From: an uncultured Gemmatimonadales bacterium
GTDB lineage: Bacteria > Gemmatimonadota > Gemmatimonadetes > Gemmatimonadales > GWC2-71-9
Assembly (NCBI GenBank): GCA_963730185.1
Contig: CAVSQW010000009.1
Span: 32,001 to 96,000, forward strand
Direction of reading: 5' to 3'
Length of the DNA: 64,000 nt
Part shown: positions 48,005 to 57,434 of the stretch, in pieces
Position numbering within the stretch: position 1 is the stretch's first letter
How the letters are laid out: every line of letters starts with the position of its first letter
The notes under the pieces: generated by a model
What the model was told of the DNA's origin: nothing
What the model saw: only the letters and a program-made list of their open reading frames with translations
Databases searched by the model: none
Position numbers and translations under genes: made by a program

Positions 48005-48835
48005 CGCGACCCGTTCGAGTCGGATTCCGGATCGTCGCTGTCGAGTGGAACCCGGATCGGTTCTCCCTGCATCCGTCGGAGAATCAGTTGCTGGCGCCAC
48101 CGCATCCGGCCCGCCCGATAGCGAGGGTTTGAGCTGAGCGGGAAGGGGAGCGTTCCAGCGAGAGCCGCGGCCTCGTCGGCGGTCAGGTTGGCGGCCGGCC
48201 GGCCGAAGTAGTACCGGCTGGCAGCCTCCACCCCCCAGATCTCCGGGCCGAACTCGACGACGTTGAGGTAGAGCTCCAACACCCGGTTCTTGCCAAGCGC
48301 CCACTCCAACCGATAGGCCGTCACCGCCTCCTTCGCTTTCCGAAGTGGGTTCCGCGAGGGGGAGAGGTACAGGTTCTTGGCGAGCTGTTGGGTTATCGTG
48401 CTGGCTCCTCGGATCCGATCCCGGCGCGACCACGCCCGTCCCAAATCCCGGAGCATCTCGTCGCGATCCCGCGGATTGGTCCAGGTGAAGTCGTCCCTCC
48501 GGTAGCCGAGCGCCTCCCGGATCGCTTGGTAGTCGATTCCGCCGTGTTCGTAGAAGCGGTGGTCCTCCGCCACGATCGCGGCCGCTAGGACGCCGGGTGC
48601 GATCGCGCTGAGGGGCACCGGCTGATAGAGGCGCGGAAGGACCCCGTCCTTGGCGTCACGACGGCGCTCCGGATGGGACGCCATCTGGGCTGCCTGGGAT
48701 CGTCGGAGGCTCATGAACGCGGTCTGATGGGGCCAGAACCAGCGGTACCAGATTGGGGGAGGCCAGACCGCCACCAGCCAGAGCGCGAAAGCGGCCCCGA
48801 ACAGGAGAGCGAGCTTGACCAGGGCCCTTGGCCAC
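48001..48835 (-). CDS. mtgA: Monofunctional peptidoglycan transglycosylase (start uncertain)
   Basis: GT51 motifs EDHRFYEHGGID, GASTITQQLAKNLYL, RKAKE, LELYLN. The in-frame upstream start lies beyond a terminator; an out-of-frame GTG at 48835 may be the start. Confidence 0.88.
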
Positions 48836-48887
48836 CTGCGCCGGATCGGCCGTTCAGGAGCACCAACAGCTACTACTAATTTGTCAG

Positions 48888-48927
48888 GAGAAGCAAAGGG
48901 GCGCTCTGTCTCCGAGCGCCCCTTTGC
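48888..48927 (-). terminator. Stem-loop terminator after the 48962-49744 gene
   Basis: Perfect 14-bp stem GCAAAGGGGCGCTC (48893-48906)/GAGCGCCCCTTTGC (48914-48927); weak U-tail. Confidence 0.65.
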
Positions 48928-48961
48928 GGTTGTCGTGGACCCGAACACGACGACGGCGCCG

Positions 48962-49744
48962 CTACTGCACGACGGTGGTGGTGCTGGTGCGGGACGTCGT
49001 GACCGGGATCGGGTCGGGCATCATCGAGACGCTGAGCTTCGCGTTACTCTTGGCTGTCGTCTTGCCGCCGAGGAAGCGGCCGTCCGGGGCCACGTACAGC
49101 ACCGATGTGCCGGTCTCGGTCGACTCGAGCGTCATTGGCCCGGCCATTGGGTTCTGGACCGTACCGGTGATCGTGTTGGTGAAGCTGGCGTCGAGGTGTC
49201 GAGCGCTGGCTCCGCCGATGGTCTCCTGCCCGGCGGCCGTGTAGGAGGTGACGACCTGGCTCTTGGTGGCCTGAGCGGGGCTCTTGCTCTCGACCATGGT
49301 GGTATCGGTCCAGGTGTCCCCCGCCTTCATCCCCGACTTGATCCTTGGGAAGAAAGTGCGGAGGGTAGCGCGGATTTGGGCCAGCACCTCCGAGGAGTCG
49401 TTCGAGGTCGCGACCATTGTCGTCCGGTTGGAGGGGTCCATGAAGCCGTGGAGCCAGGCACCCTTGAGCAGAGCCAGGTCCGCCGCCGGGGGCGGCACCA
49501 TTGCATCGACGGCGACCGAATCCACGACCACGTGCATGGCCTTGCCGCCCGTGGAGTCCTTGAGAGACACCGTGAAGATGGCGACCATGGTCACCTTGGT
49601 CTCTTGGGTCGGTTGCCCGGGCACTGAGATCGTCTGCTCCAACTGGTTCTCCAGTCGGTAGGTGGTCTTGGACGGGGCCGTCGTACCGGCCCCCGCCGTC
49701 ACCAAGGCCGCCATCGAACCCAGGATGATCGTTCGTCCTACCAT
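48962..49744 (-). CDS. Secreted Thr-rich beta-strand hypothetical protein (DUF6263-like)
   Basis: Signal-peptide-like N-terminus, MKAGDTWTDT motif, host-like codon usage, GAGG RBS. Confidence 0.6.
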   Translation of the reverse strand: MVGRTIILGSMAALVTAGAGTTAPSKTTYRLENQLEQTISVPGQPTQETKVTMVAIFTVSLKDSTGGKAMHVVVDSVAVDAMVPPPAADLALLKGAWLHGFMDPSNRTTMVATSNDSSEVLAQIRATLRTFFPRIKSGMKAGDTWTDTTMVESKSPAQATKSQVVTSYTAAGQETIGGASARHLDASFTNTITGTVQNPMAGPMTLESTETGTSVLYVAPDGRFLGGKTTAKSNAKLSVSMMPDPIPVTTSRTSTTTVVQ

Positions 49745-49775
49745 GTGCACCTCGACGTGCCTGGCGGTGATAGGA

Positions 49776-49814
49776 CAACCCCCTCGCGTCCCGCCGGAAC
49801 GCTCGAGGGGGTTG
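49776..49814 (-). terminator. Hairpin immediately downstream of rnpB
   Basis: CAACCCCCTCG (49776-49786)/CGAGGGGGTTG (49804-49814) inverted repeat. Confidence 0.55.
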
Positions 49815-49816
49815 GT

Positions 49817-50197
49817 GGAGGGCGGGCCGTAAGCCGAGTTCTGTTCGGTCGCTAGGACCGGATGGTCATCCCTCTGGGATGGCCGTTGCCGACCATCTCG
49901 TGCGGCCTACCCGCGGCTCGTCCCGAAGGACGTTGTCGGTGTGGGTCACACCTCGCCGCTTATTTGGCCTTGCTCCGGCTGGGGGTTGCCATGCCGCCAT
50001 CGTTACCGATGGCGCGGTGGGCTCTTACCCCACCTTTTCACCCTTACCCCACCGGAGTGACCCGGTGTGGCGGTTCGTTTTCTGTGGCCCTCTCCGTCGC
50101 CTTGCAGCGCCCAGGCGTTACCTGGCAGCCTACCCGTTGGAGCTCGGACTTTCCTCGAACGGCGCGAAGCCGCCCGCGACCAATCCCACCCGCCCCC
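49817..50197 (-). ncRNA. rnpB: RNase P RNA (bacterial class A)
   Basis: Minus strand has GAGGAAAGTCCGAGCTCC, GCCACAGAAAA, GGGTGAAAAGGTGGGGTAAGAGCCCACC, GGCAACCCCC and ACAGAACTCGGCTTAC. The ends pair as P1. Confidence 0.96.
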
Positions 50198-50258
50198 ACG
50201 GAGGAAAGCTAACGACGGCCGGAGAGGGTACAAAGCACCGCCGCTGGGAGCAAAGGGG

Positions 50259-53200
50259 TCAGCCGCGAGCGCCTTCGAGGCGTGCCAGGCCGGCCCTCGC
50301 TTCCTGAACCACCGGCAGCAGCTCGGCGTCGGCATCAGCCCACTGTGCGATGACTGCCCGGTATTCGGCCACGGCGAGTGGTCGTTGTCCCAACTGCTCA
50401 TAGGCGGCGCCACGGAGCAGGCGAACTCTGGGAAGAACCGCCCACCGGGGGTCGAACCCGCGGGTGCCGAACTCGGAGGTGTCGAAGTTCCGGAGCACCG
50501 CAATGACTTTGGCGTAGTCGCCGAGCTCGTAGTGGGCCTCAGCCACGACCGGCCGGAGGTCGCCCCAGCCAGGCAGATACGGATCGAGCTTCGCCGGGTC
50601 GCTGGCGGCCGAGTCGGCTGCGGCCAGCTCGTGGCGGGCCGCCGTGGAATCGCCCCGGCGGAGCGCAACCAGGGCGGCCACCGGACGGGGCCAGGGGCGC
50701 CCGGTGAGCTTCCGAAGCTCGTTCAGCAGGCTGGAGTCGGCCTCTGGTCCCAGGAAGACGCCCAGGGCCGCTGGCGTGATCGACGAGGCGAATCCGTCGC
50801 GCTGGCGGGCCTTGGCCCGCTGGGCGAGCGCCAGGCCCCGATCCCAAACGGCGCGGAGCCGCGACGGTGCCGGCCCCGGTGGCGCTCAGCAGGTGGGCGA
50901 GCCGGCCCAGCTCCCACGAGTCGGCCATCTCCTCTCGGCCGGCCGGGTCGATCGCCAGGTGGAGCGCGAGCTCCAGCCCTCTGGTCAGCTGGATCACTCG
51001 GGTCGCGCCTCCCAGGTCGCCCTCATAGGCGAGGGCGCTCGCGCCGGTCATCAGCTCCAGTCGGGTCTCGTAGGCGTAGTCCAGTTGGGCGACTGCCTCG
51101 GGGTGCACCAGCGGCAGGGTGCGCCGGACCGTCTCGGCCGCCCCGGCTAGGTCCCCCCCGACCAGTTGGGCCCGGGCGTCGAAGAACCCGAAGACCGGCT
51201 GGAGCGAGTCCGGATACATCGCTCGGAGCTCGCCGACCTCCTGCCGCGCCTCGGCGACCCGGCCTCCCGCGAGCAGCGCCTTGTACAGGTGATAGTGCGC
51301 CCGCGGGGTTCCGGGCTGGTTGCGGATCCAGGCTTCGGCGCCGGCGACTGCCTGGCGCTGGGCGGACAGTCGCGCGGCTCGGCGCGTCGCGGAATCCGCC
51401 AGCGCCGCTGACGCCAGGGAGTCGCGTCCGACCAGGATGAAGCTGGCGCCGCGATTGCCGGCATCAGTCAGGAGCTGGCCCATGTGCTCGTAGGCGAGCG
51501 AATAGCTGGAGTCGAGAGCGACCACCCTGCGGAAGCCGCGGAGCGATTGACTCAGCCAGGGGATGGCGTCCTTGGTGTAGCCGCCGTGGAACGACGCATC
51601 GGCGAGCCCATACCAGGCGTCGACGTCGCTCGAGTCACGGTCCACCAAGGCGCGATAGAGGCCGAGGCTCTCCTGGTAGCCACCCTCGAGAAAAGTGCGA
51701 TAAGCGTCGATCAGCCGGCGCTCGCGGTCGGGAAGCCGCTCGGAGGTGCGGGCGGCGCGGCGGATGGCCACCATGCCCAGCGTATCGAACGGGCTCAGCC
51801 AGCCCCGGGTCAGGGCCAGCTTGTAGTGCGCCAGGCTGAAGGTCGAGTCGATCGTGACGGCGTGCTCGAGGTCGTCGCTGGCCTCGCTCAACCGCCAGTG
51901 ATTCAGCGCCTCGACGCCGCGCAGGTAGGCCCGGTACGCCTCGACCGAGCCGGTCGTCGCGGAGGCCAGCGTCGTCCGGCCGTCGTCCGGCGCGCCGCTC
52001 AGGTCCAGGAGTTGGGTGGCCAGGGCGTCGAACACGGGCCGGACGTCCTCACCCGTGACCCCGCTCACGGGGATTACCTCGAGGCGGCGGCCGCTGGCCA
52101 CGTCGTAGGTGCGAGCCACGACGAAGAGCGAGTCGCCGACCCGGCTGAAGTCGCCCATCACGACGGTCCAGGCGCCGCTCGAACGGGCCAGTTTCCGGGC
52201 CAGCTCCAGCCCGATCGGCTGGCCATCTTCGTGGTGCGCCGCGGCCAGAAGATCGTGGACCCGCTCCTGGTCGACCACCGTGAGATCGCGCCACTGCCCG
52301 AGCGCCAGCGACAGCATGTTGACGCTGCCATCGCGGAGCCACTCGACGCCCGCGTCCTCGCGGAGGTTGTCGAACGGGAGCACCAGGATGGAATGCCGGG
52401 GATCCACCCCGTCGGGTGGCCCCGGAGAGCGGGTGGCCCAGTAGGTCCCGGCGACAGCCAGGAGCACGGCCGCGACGGCCGCAGCACCCCACCGCCGGAG
52501 CGTGCCGCTGCGCCTGGCTGGGAGGGAGGGCGGGGTCGGAATCTCCCCGAGCAGCGCTTGGCGGAAGGACGCCCCGTCCTGCCACCGATCGTCGGGGGTC
52601 TTGGTCAGCGACCTCATGACGGCGCGCCCGACGCCCGACGGCACGTCGGGTCGAATCGTCTCGATCGGCGTCGGCGGATCCAAAATCTGCTTCGAGATCA
52701 CCACCCGGTTCGGACCGGCGAACGGTGGCGCACCGGTGAGCATCTCGTAAGCGACCACCCCCAGCGAGTAGAGGTCGCTCCGACCGTCGACCGGCTCGCC
52801 GGCCGCCTGCTCGGGACTCATGTAGGCCGGGGTGCCCATGACGGCCCCCGGTCCGGTATGGCCCCCGCCTTCCTCGAGCAGCCGAGCGATTCCGAAATCG
52901 GTCAGCAGCGCGTGGGGTTCGTCGGCCGGCCCCTCGAGCAGAATGTTCTCGGGCTTGAGATCGCGGTGGACCACGCCGGCGCGGGCGGCGGCGTCGAGCG
53001 CCGCGGCGATGCCCGAGGCGATGCCGACGGCCAGCTCCCAGGGGAGCCGACCGACCCGGGCGAGTCGCTGGCGAAGCGTCTCCCCGGGGAGATAGTCCAT
53101 CACGTAGTAGAGCTGGCCGTCGACCTCGCCCGCCGAGTGAACCGCCACGATGCCGGGATGACGGAGTCGGGCGATGGTGCGCGCCTCGGCCAGAAATCGG

Positions 53201-53382
53201 CTGGCGATGGTGCGATTGGTGGAGAGATCGGGATGGACGACTTTGACCGCTACCAGGCGGTCCAGGGTTACGTCCCGGGCCAGGTAGACGATCCCCATCC
53301 CGCCCCGACCGAGCTCGCGCTCGATCCGGTACTGGCTACCCAGGGCGGCCTGCAGGCGCTCGGCCTCGAGGTGATCCGTCAC
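50259..53382 (-). CDS. Hanks-type Ser/Thr kinase with TM segment, TolB-N-like domain and TPR tail; frameshift near 50870-50877
   Basis: LGRGGMG, VAVK, HRDLKPEN, DFG, YMSPE, ILVLPFDN. Removing one base near 50875 joins the main ORF to 50259..50681 via RLRAVWDRGLAL...PRPVAAL. Confidence 0.9.
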
Positions 53383-53610
53383 GGCCTCCGGTACCTTCGC
53401 TTCCGTCCCTTAGAAGATATACAGTATCCGGCGGACAGCCCTCCGGGAACCAGTCGGCCCGAAACCCAAGGGGGTACCGGTATGAGATGACCAGTCAGCG
53501 GTCCGCGTTGCACGGCTACCGGTTGGCAGCTTTCCGGTTCGGGACCCCGGTTGAGGGTCGGTTGACGGTCGAATCCCATCGTTCTCTCCGTTCCGGCCCC
53601 GAGACCTCAG

Positions 53611-54528
53611 ATGCCCTTGTCAGCTCCGAGCGCCCGTCCGCGGGTTACCGTCGCCGCCGTCGTGTCCCAGGTCGAGCGCTCGCAGCTCGACGCGGCAGGG
53701 GCCGGCTGCTTCGCGGTGCTCCACCAACCCTCGGTGCCCGAGACCATGCGAGTGGTTCGAGAGCGCTCGATCGACGCCGTCGTGCTCTCGGTCCACCACT
53801 GCGGCAAGGATGCGGTGGCGGCCGTCGATCGTCTGGTTCGCAGGTTCCCCGAGATCCCCACGGTCGCCCTCGTCAGTCGGCCCGATCCCGGGATGCCCGA
53901 GATGCTGCTCCGGATGGGCGCCACCGGGGTTCGCCACGTGGTGGACGTCTCGGTTCCGGCCGGCTGGAGTCGGCTTCGTCAGCTACTGCTCGAACCGGCC
54001 TCCCGCCCGGCGTCCCGAATCCTGGCTCGGTTCTTCGAGTATCTGGCCGAGCTACCGGCCGATACCCGTCTATTCCTCGAGCTTCTCGTTCGGGTCGCGC
54101 CCGAAACCCCGACGGTCCGCCAGCTAGCGCTCCAGACCCGAGTTCGGCCCAGCACCCTGATGTCTCGGTTCAACCGGGCCGGGCTCCCCTCTCTCAAGAC
54201 GTATTTGGCCGGCATCCGGTTGCTATACGCGGCGCAGTACTTCGAGCAAGACGGGCTCTCGGTGGCCGATGTGGCCTACCGGCTCGACTGCTCCTCGCCC
54301 CAGAGCTTCGGGCGCCATCTCCGAGCGATGCTCGGTGTGACCGCCGGCGAGTTTCGGCGCCGGTATCCCTTCGAGGTGGCGATTGAACGTTTCGGACGGG
54401 TGCTCCTGGAGCCCTACCGGGGTGAGTGGAGCGCTTTTCACCCGCTGGAGGCCGCTCGCCTGGCGAGAAGTCCGCTGCCGCCGGGCGGTCGGGCAAGGCA
54501 AGGGGCTATGCGCCTAGCCTCGAAATAG
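53611..54528 (+). CDS. AraC-family regulator with receiver-like N-terminal domain
   Basis: C-terminal LSVADVAYRLDCSSPQSFGRHLRAMLGVTAGEFR. The N-terminus has a receiver-like pattern (IDAVVLS...PTVALVS...LLRMGA). Confidence 0.85.
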   Translation: MPLSAPSARPRVTVAAVVSQVERSQLDAAGAGCFAVLHQPSVPETMRVVRERSIDAVVLSVHHCGKDAVAAVDRLVRRFPEIPTVALVSRPDPGMPEMLLRMGATGVRHVVDVSVPAGWSRLRQLLLEPASRPASRILARFFEYLAELPADTRLFLELLVRVAPETPTVRQLALQTRVRPSTLMSRFNRAGLPSLKTYLAGIRLLYAAQYFEQDGLSVADVAYRLDCSSPQSFGRHLRAMLGVTAGEFRRRYPFEVAIERFGRVLLEPYRGEWSAFHPLEAARLARSPLPPGGRARQGAMRLASK

Positions 54529-55054
54529 TAGTTATCGACACAACCTCTACTCCGGCGCCGAGGATGGCATCCCGGCCGCCCTGTTCCCGGTCGACCACCG
54601 CCAAGACGCCCAGGACTTTGGCGCCTTCGGAGCGGACCGCCTCGATGGCCTGGAGGGCCGAACCGCCGGAGGTGATCACATCCTCGATGACCACCACCGG
54701 GGCCCCCGGGGTGAAGTTGCCCTCGATCAACCGGCGGGTGCCGTGGTGCTTGGCCGCTTTACGGACGCTGAAGGCGTCGAGCTCGGGGGGCGACGCGAGG
54801 CTGGCGTTGGCCACGGCGTAGGCGACGGGGTCGGCACCCATCGTCAGGCCCCCGACCGCGCGGGGCTCCCAGCCTTGGTGACGAATCAAGTCGAGACCCA
54901 GCCGGCCGATCAGAGAAAAGCCGCGGGCCGACATGGTGGTCTTGCGGGCGTCGATGTAGTAGGTCGACCGCTGGCCGCTCGAAAGGACGAAATCGCCGTG
55001 GGTGAGGGACCGGCTTCGGAGGAGCGCCTCCAGGGCCTCGAGGTCGGCGCTCAA
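54506..55054 (-). CDS. pyrE: Orotate phosphoribosyltransferase
   Basis: GDFVLSSGQRSTYYID, GLTMGADP, RKAAKHHG, IEDVITSGGS, VVDRE. TTG overlaps the upstream stop. Confidence 0.95.
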   Translation of the reverse strand: MSADLEALEALLRSRSLTHGDFVLSSGQRSTYYIDARKTTMSARGFSLIGRLGLDLIRHQGWEPRAVGGLTMGADPVAYAVANASLASPPELDAFSVRKAAKHHGTRRLIEGNFTPGAPVVVIEDVITSGGSALQAIEAVRSEGAKVLGVLAVVDREQGGRDAILGAGVEVVSITTISRLGA

Positions 55055-55950
55055 TCTCGCTTCCGGCGGAAGAGCGACGACAGAAGGCCGCCCCTGGCCT
55101 TCGGCTCGCCCCGGGCCGCTTCGCAAAAGGCCTTCGCGAATTCGCCGACGTTCTTGAACCGTTTGGCGAGATCGCGCTCCAACCCGCGAGCCACCGCCGC
55201 TTCGAGGTCGCTCGAGAACTTGAGCCCGCGGACCGCCTGGTTGAGCGGGACGGGCGGCTTCGAGAGTAGTTGTTGGAACAACTCCCTCGGATTCTTGCCC
55301 GGATACGGAAGCTGACCAGTCAGCAGGTGGTACGCGATCGTGGCCAGGCTATAGACGTCCGCCTGCTCGCTGACCAGCTCGCCGCTCAGGGCTTCCGGCG
55401 CCACGTACTGCAGGGTCCCCACGAAGAAGCCGGCCCGGGTCAGCCGCTGAGCCGGGTCGTCGTCGGCATCGCGCGCGATCCCGAAGTCGAGCAGGCGGGC
55501 GGTCTGGGTCACCGAGTCGTACATGATGTTCGCCGGCTTCAGATCGCGGTGGATGATGCCCTCTCGGTGTGCCGCACCGAGGGCATGCCCCAACTGTTCG
55601 ATGATAGTGGCCGCCAGCTCGGGCGCGAGTGGACCGGTCGCCGTCAAGAAGTTGGCCAGTGGCTCGCCCTTGGCCCACTCGAGGGCAAGGTAGTACAGGC
55701 CTTCGGCCTCGCCGTACTCGTAGGTCTGGACGATGTTGGGGTGCTTGACCCGGGCGCCGAACTCCGCCTCCCGCAGAAACCGTTTGACGGCAATGGGGTC
55801 GGCGCTCATCCGCGAGCGGAGGATTTTGACCGCGGCCAAGCCACGCTCGGGATGCTGCGCCCGATAAACGGTCGCAGTGCCACCCTCGCCGACATGAGCG
55901 AGGAGGGAGTATCCGGCCACCGTCCGGCCGACGAGGTTATCTTGGCTCAT
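55051..55950 (-). CDS. Stand-alone cytoplasmic Hanks-type Ser/Thr kinase
   Basis: VGEGGTA, AAVK, HRDLKPAN, DFG, YVAPE; no TM segment or sensor domain. ATG 55950. Confidence 0.92.
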   Translation of the reverse strand: MSQDNLVGRTVAGYSLLAHVGEGGTATVYRAQHPERGLAAVKILRSRMSADPIAVKRFLREAEFGARVKHPNIVQTYEYGEAEGLYYLALEWAKGEPLANFLTATGPLAPELAATIIEQLGHALGAAHREGIIHRDLKPANIMYDSVTQTARLLDFGIARDADDDPAQRLTRAGFFVGTLQYVAPEALSGELVSEQADVYSLATIAYHLLTGQLPYPGKNPRELFQQLLSKPPVPLNQAVRGLKFSSDLEAAVARGLERDLAKRFKNVGEFAKAFCEAARGEPKARGGLLSSLFRRKRD

Positions 55951-56068
55951 GGAAGTGAGTTGAAGGTACACCCCGCTGTAGGGGCCCAGCAAGATGACGG
56001 TGTCGTCGGGAGAGAGCTGCGGGTCGCTCGTGTCCCGCTCGATACGGTCGCGTTTCAAGGACGGACGT

Positions 56069-57430
56069 ATGGCGACGGTTCGCCGCTTGGCAGTCTTGTT
56101 GCCGCTCCTCGTCGCCCTGGGCTGCGGCGCGGGTCGGGTGTCTCCAGCCGGAACCCCCGCAGCCCAGACCGATCAGACCCTCAGTCAGCTGTTCAATCTT
56201 TCGGCGGTGTACCACCGGCTGGGGCGAATCGCCGGTAGCGGGTCGGTACCCTTCGTCGGCAACATCGGCTACTTCGCCGCCAGCGGCGACTCCACCACCG
56301 CGACCCTGGGGCTGTCCTTCGAGAATCGTGCTCTCTCGTTTCAGCGGGACGCCGGGGCCTTCGTGGCTCGCTATCGCGTCGAGGTCTCGCTCGAGCGTCC
56401 GGGTGCCGAGCCGATCCAAGTCACCCGGAACGAGCTGGTCCGGGTGGGGAGCTTCCAGGAAACGCAGCGAAGCGACGAGACGATCTTCTTCCAGCAGCCC
56501 TTCCGGCTCGCTGCTGGAAGCTACACCATGCGGGTCGTCGTGCGAGACCCGGTGTCGACCGGGTTGGGCCAGGCCGTGGACTCGATCCAGGTGCCGGCCT
56601 ACCAGCCGGGCTCGATCTCGCAGCCCACCATGGTCTACGAGGTCCGGCCCCGCCGGAACGTCTCCGACTCCCTGTATCTGGTGCTCAACCCGCGCGGCAC
56701 CGTCGCCCATGGTGGCGCCGATACCCTGCTGGTCTACGTCGAGGGGTACGGTCTTCCGGGTCCCACCACCTTCCCCGTCGAAGTGAAGGACGAGCGCGAC
56801 AGCGTGGTCTACCGCACCCAGGTGGCGTTTACTGGAGGGCGGAGCGCCGAGGGTCACGTGGTCCGCCTCGCGGCCGACACCCCGCCGCTGGGCCAGCTCA
56901 CGATCTCGATCGGATCGGGAGCGGATGCTCGGACCACCACGGCGCTGGTGTCGTTCGCGCGTGGCTGGGTGGTGACCAACTACGACAATCTGCTTTCGCT
57001 GCTCCGGTACTTCCCGTACGAGCCGGGGCTCTTGAACCAACTCCGTGGCGCCAAGCCGTCCGACCGGCCGGCCCTTTGGAAGGAGTTCTGGGCCAAGACC
57101 GATCCGGTGCCCGAGACCCCGGAGAACGAGGCCCTCGACCGATACTTCTCGCGGATCGCGATCGCCAACGATCGGTTCCGGGACGAGGGCGGGGAGGGCT
57201 GGCGGACGGACCGCGGCGAGGTCTTCGTCACCCTGGGCGAGCCGGACCAGGCCTACGAGACGCCGCCGTCGAGCGACCACCGCTACGTGCAGTGGATCTA
57301 CAACGAGTATCGCGCGTCGATCATCTTCGAGGGCACCCTCGGCTTCTCCCGGATGCGGATGACCCCGCAGTCGCGGGCCGAGTTCGCCCGGGCCCGGTCG
57401 CAGCTGCTCCGGGAGCACTGGAGTCGCTGA
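56069..57430 (+). CDS. GWxTD domain lipoprotein
   Basis: Lipobox ALGC; FWAKTDP...ENE...YFSRI...GWRTDRG...GEPD. Confidence 0.88.
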   Translation: MATVRRLAVLLPLLVALGCGAGRVSPAGTPAAQTDQTLSQLFNLSAVYHRLGRIAGSGSVPFVGNIGYFAASGDSTTATLGLSFENRALSFQRDAGAFVARYRVEVSLERPGAEPIQVTRNELVRVGSFQETQRSDETIFFQQPFRLAAGSYTMRVVVRDPVSTGLGQAVDSIQVPAYQPGSISQPTMVYEVRPRRNVSDSLYLVLNPRGTVAHGGADTLLVYVEGYGLPGPTTFPVEVKDERDSVVYRTQVAFTGGRSAEGHVVRLAADTPPLGQLTISIGSGADARTTTALVSFARGWVVTNYDNLLSLLRYFPYEPGLLNQLRGAKPSDRPALWKEFWAKTDPVPETPENEALDRYFSRIAIANDRFRDEGGEGWRTDRGEVFVTLGEPDQAYETPPSSDHRYVQWIYNEYRASIIFEGTLGFSRMRMTPQSRAEFARARSQLLREHWSR

Positions 57431-57434
57431 CGGT

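Noticed and set aside
48863..48885. CTACTACTAA trio-like repeat (also TAGTAGTA near 39891) as a second unwinding site
   Set aside because: Neither has an adjacent DnaA-box cluster, GC spacer or AT-rich tract, and both are too short to support.
49862..50307. ORFs 49862..50212 and 49879..50307
   Set aside because: They are antisense to the RNase P RNA gene and spurious.
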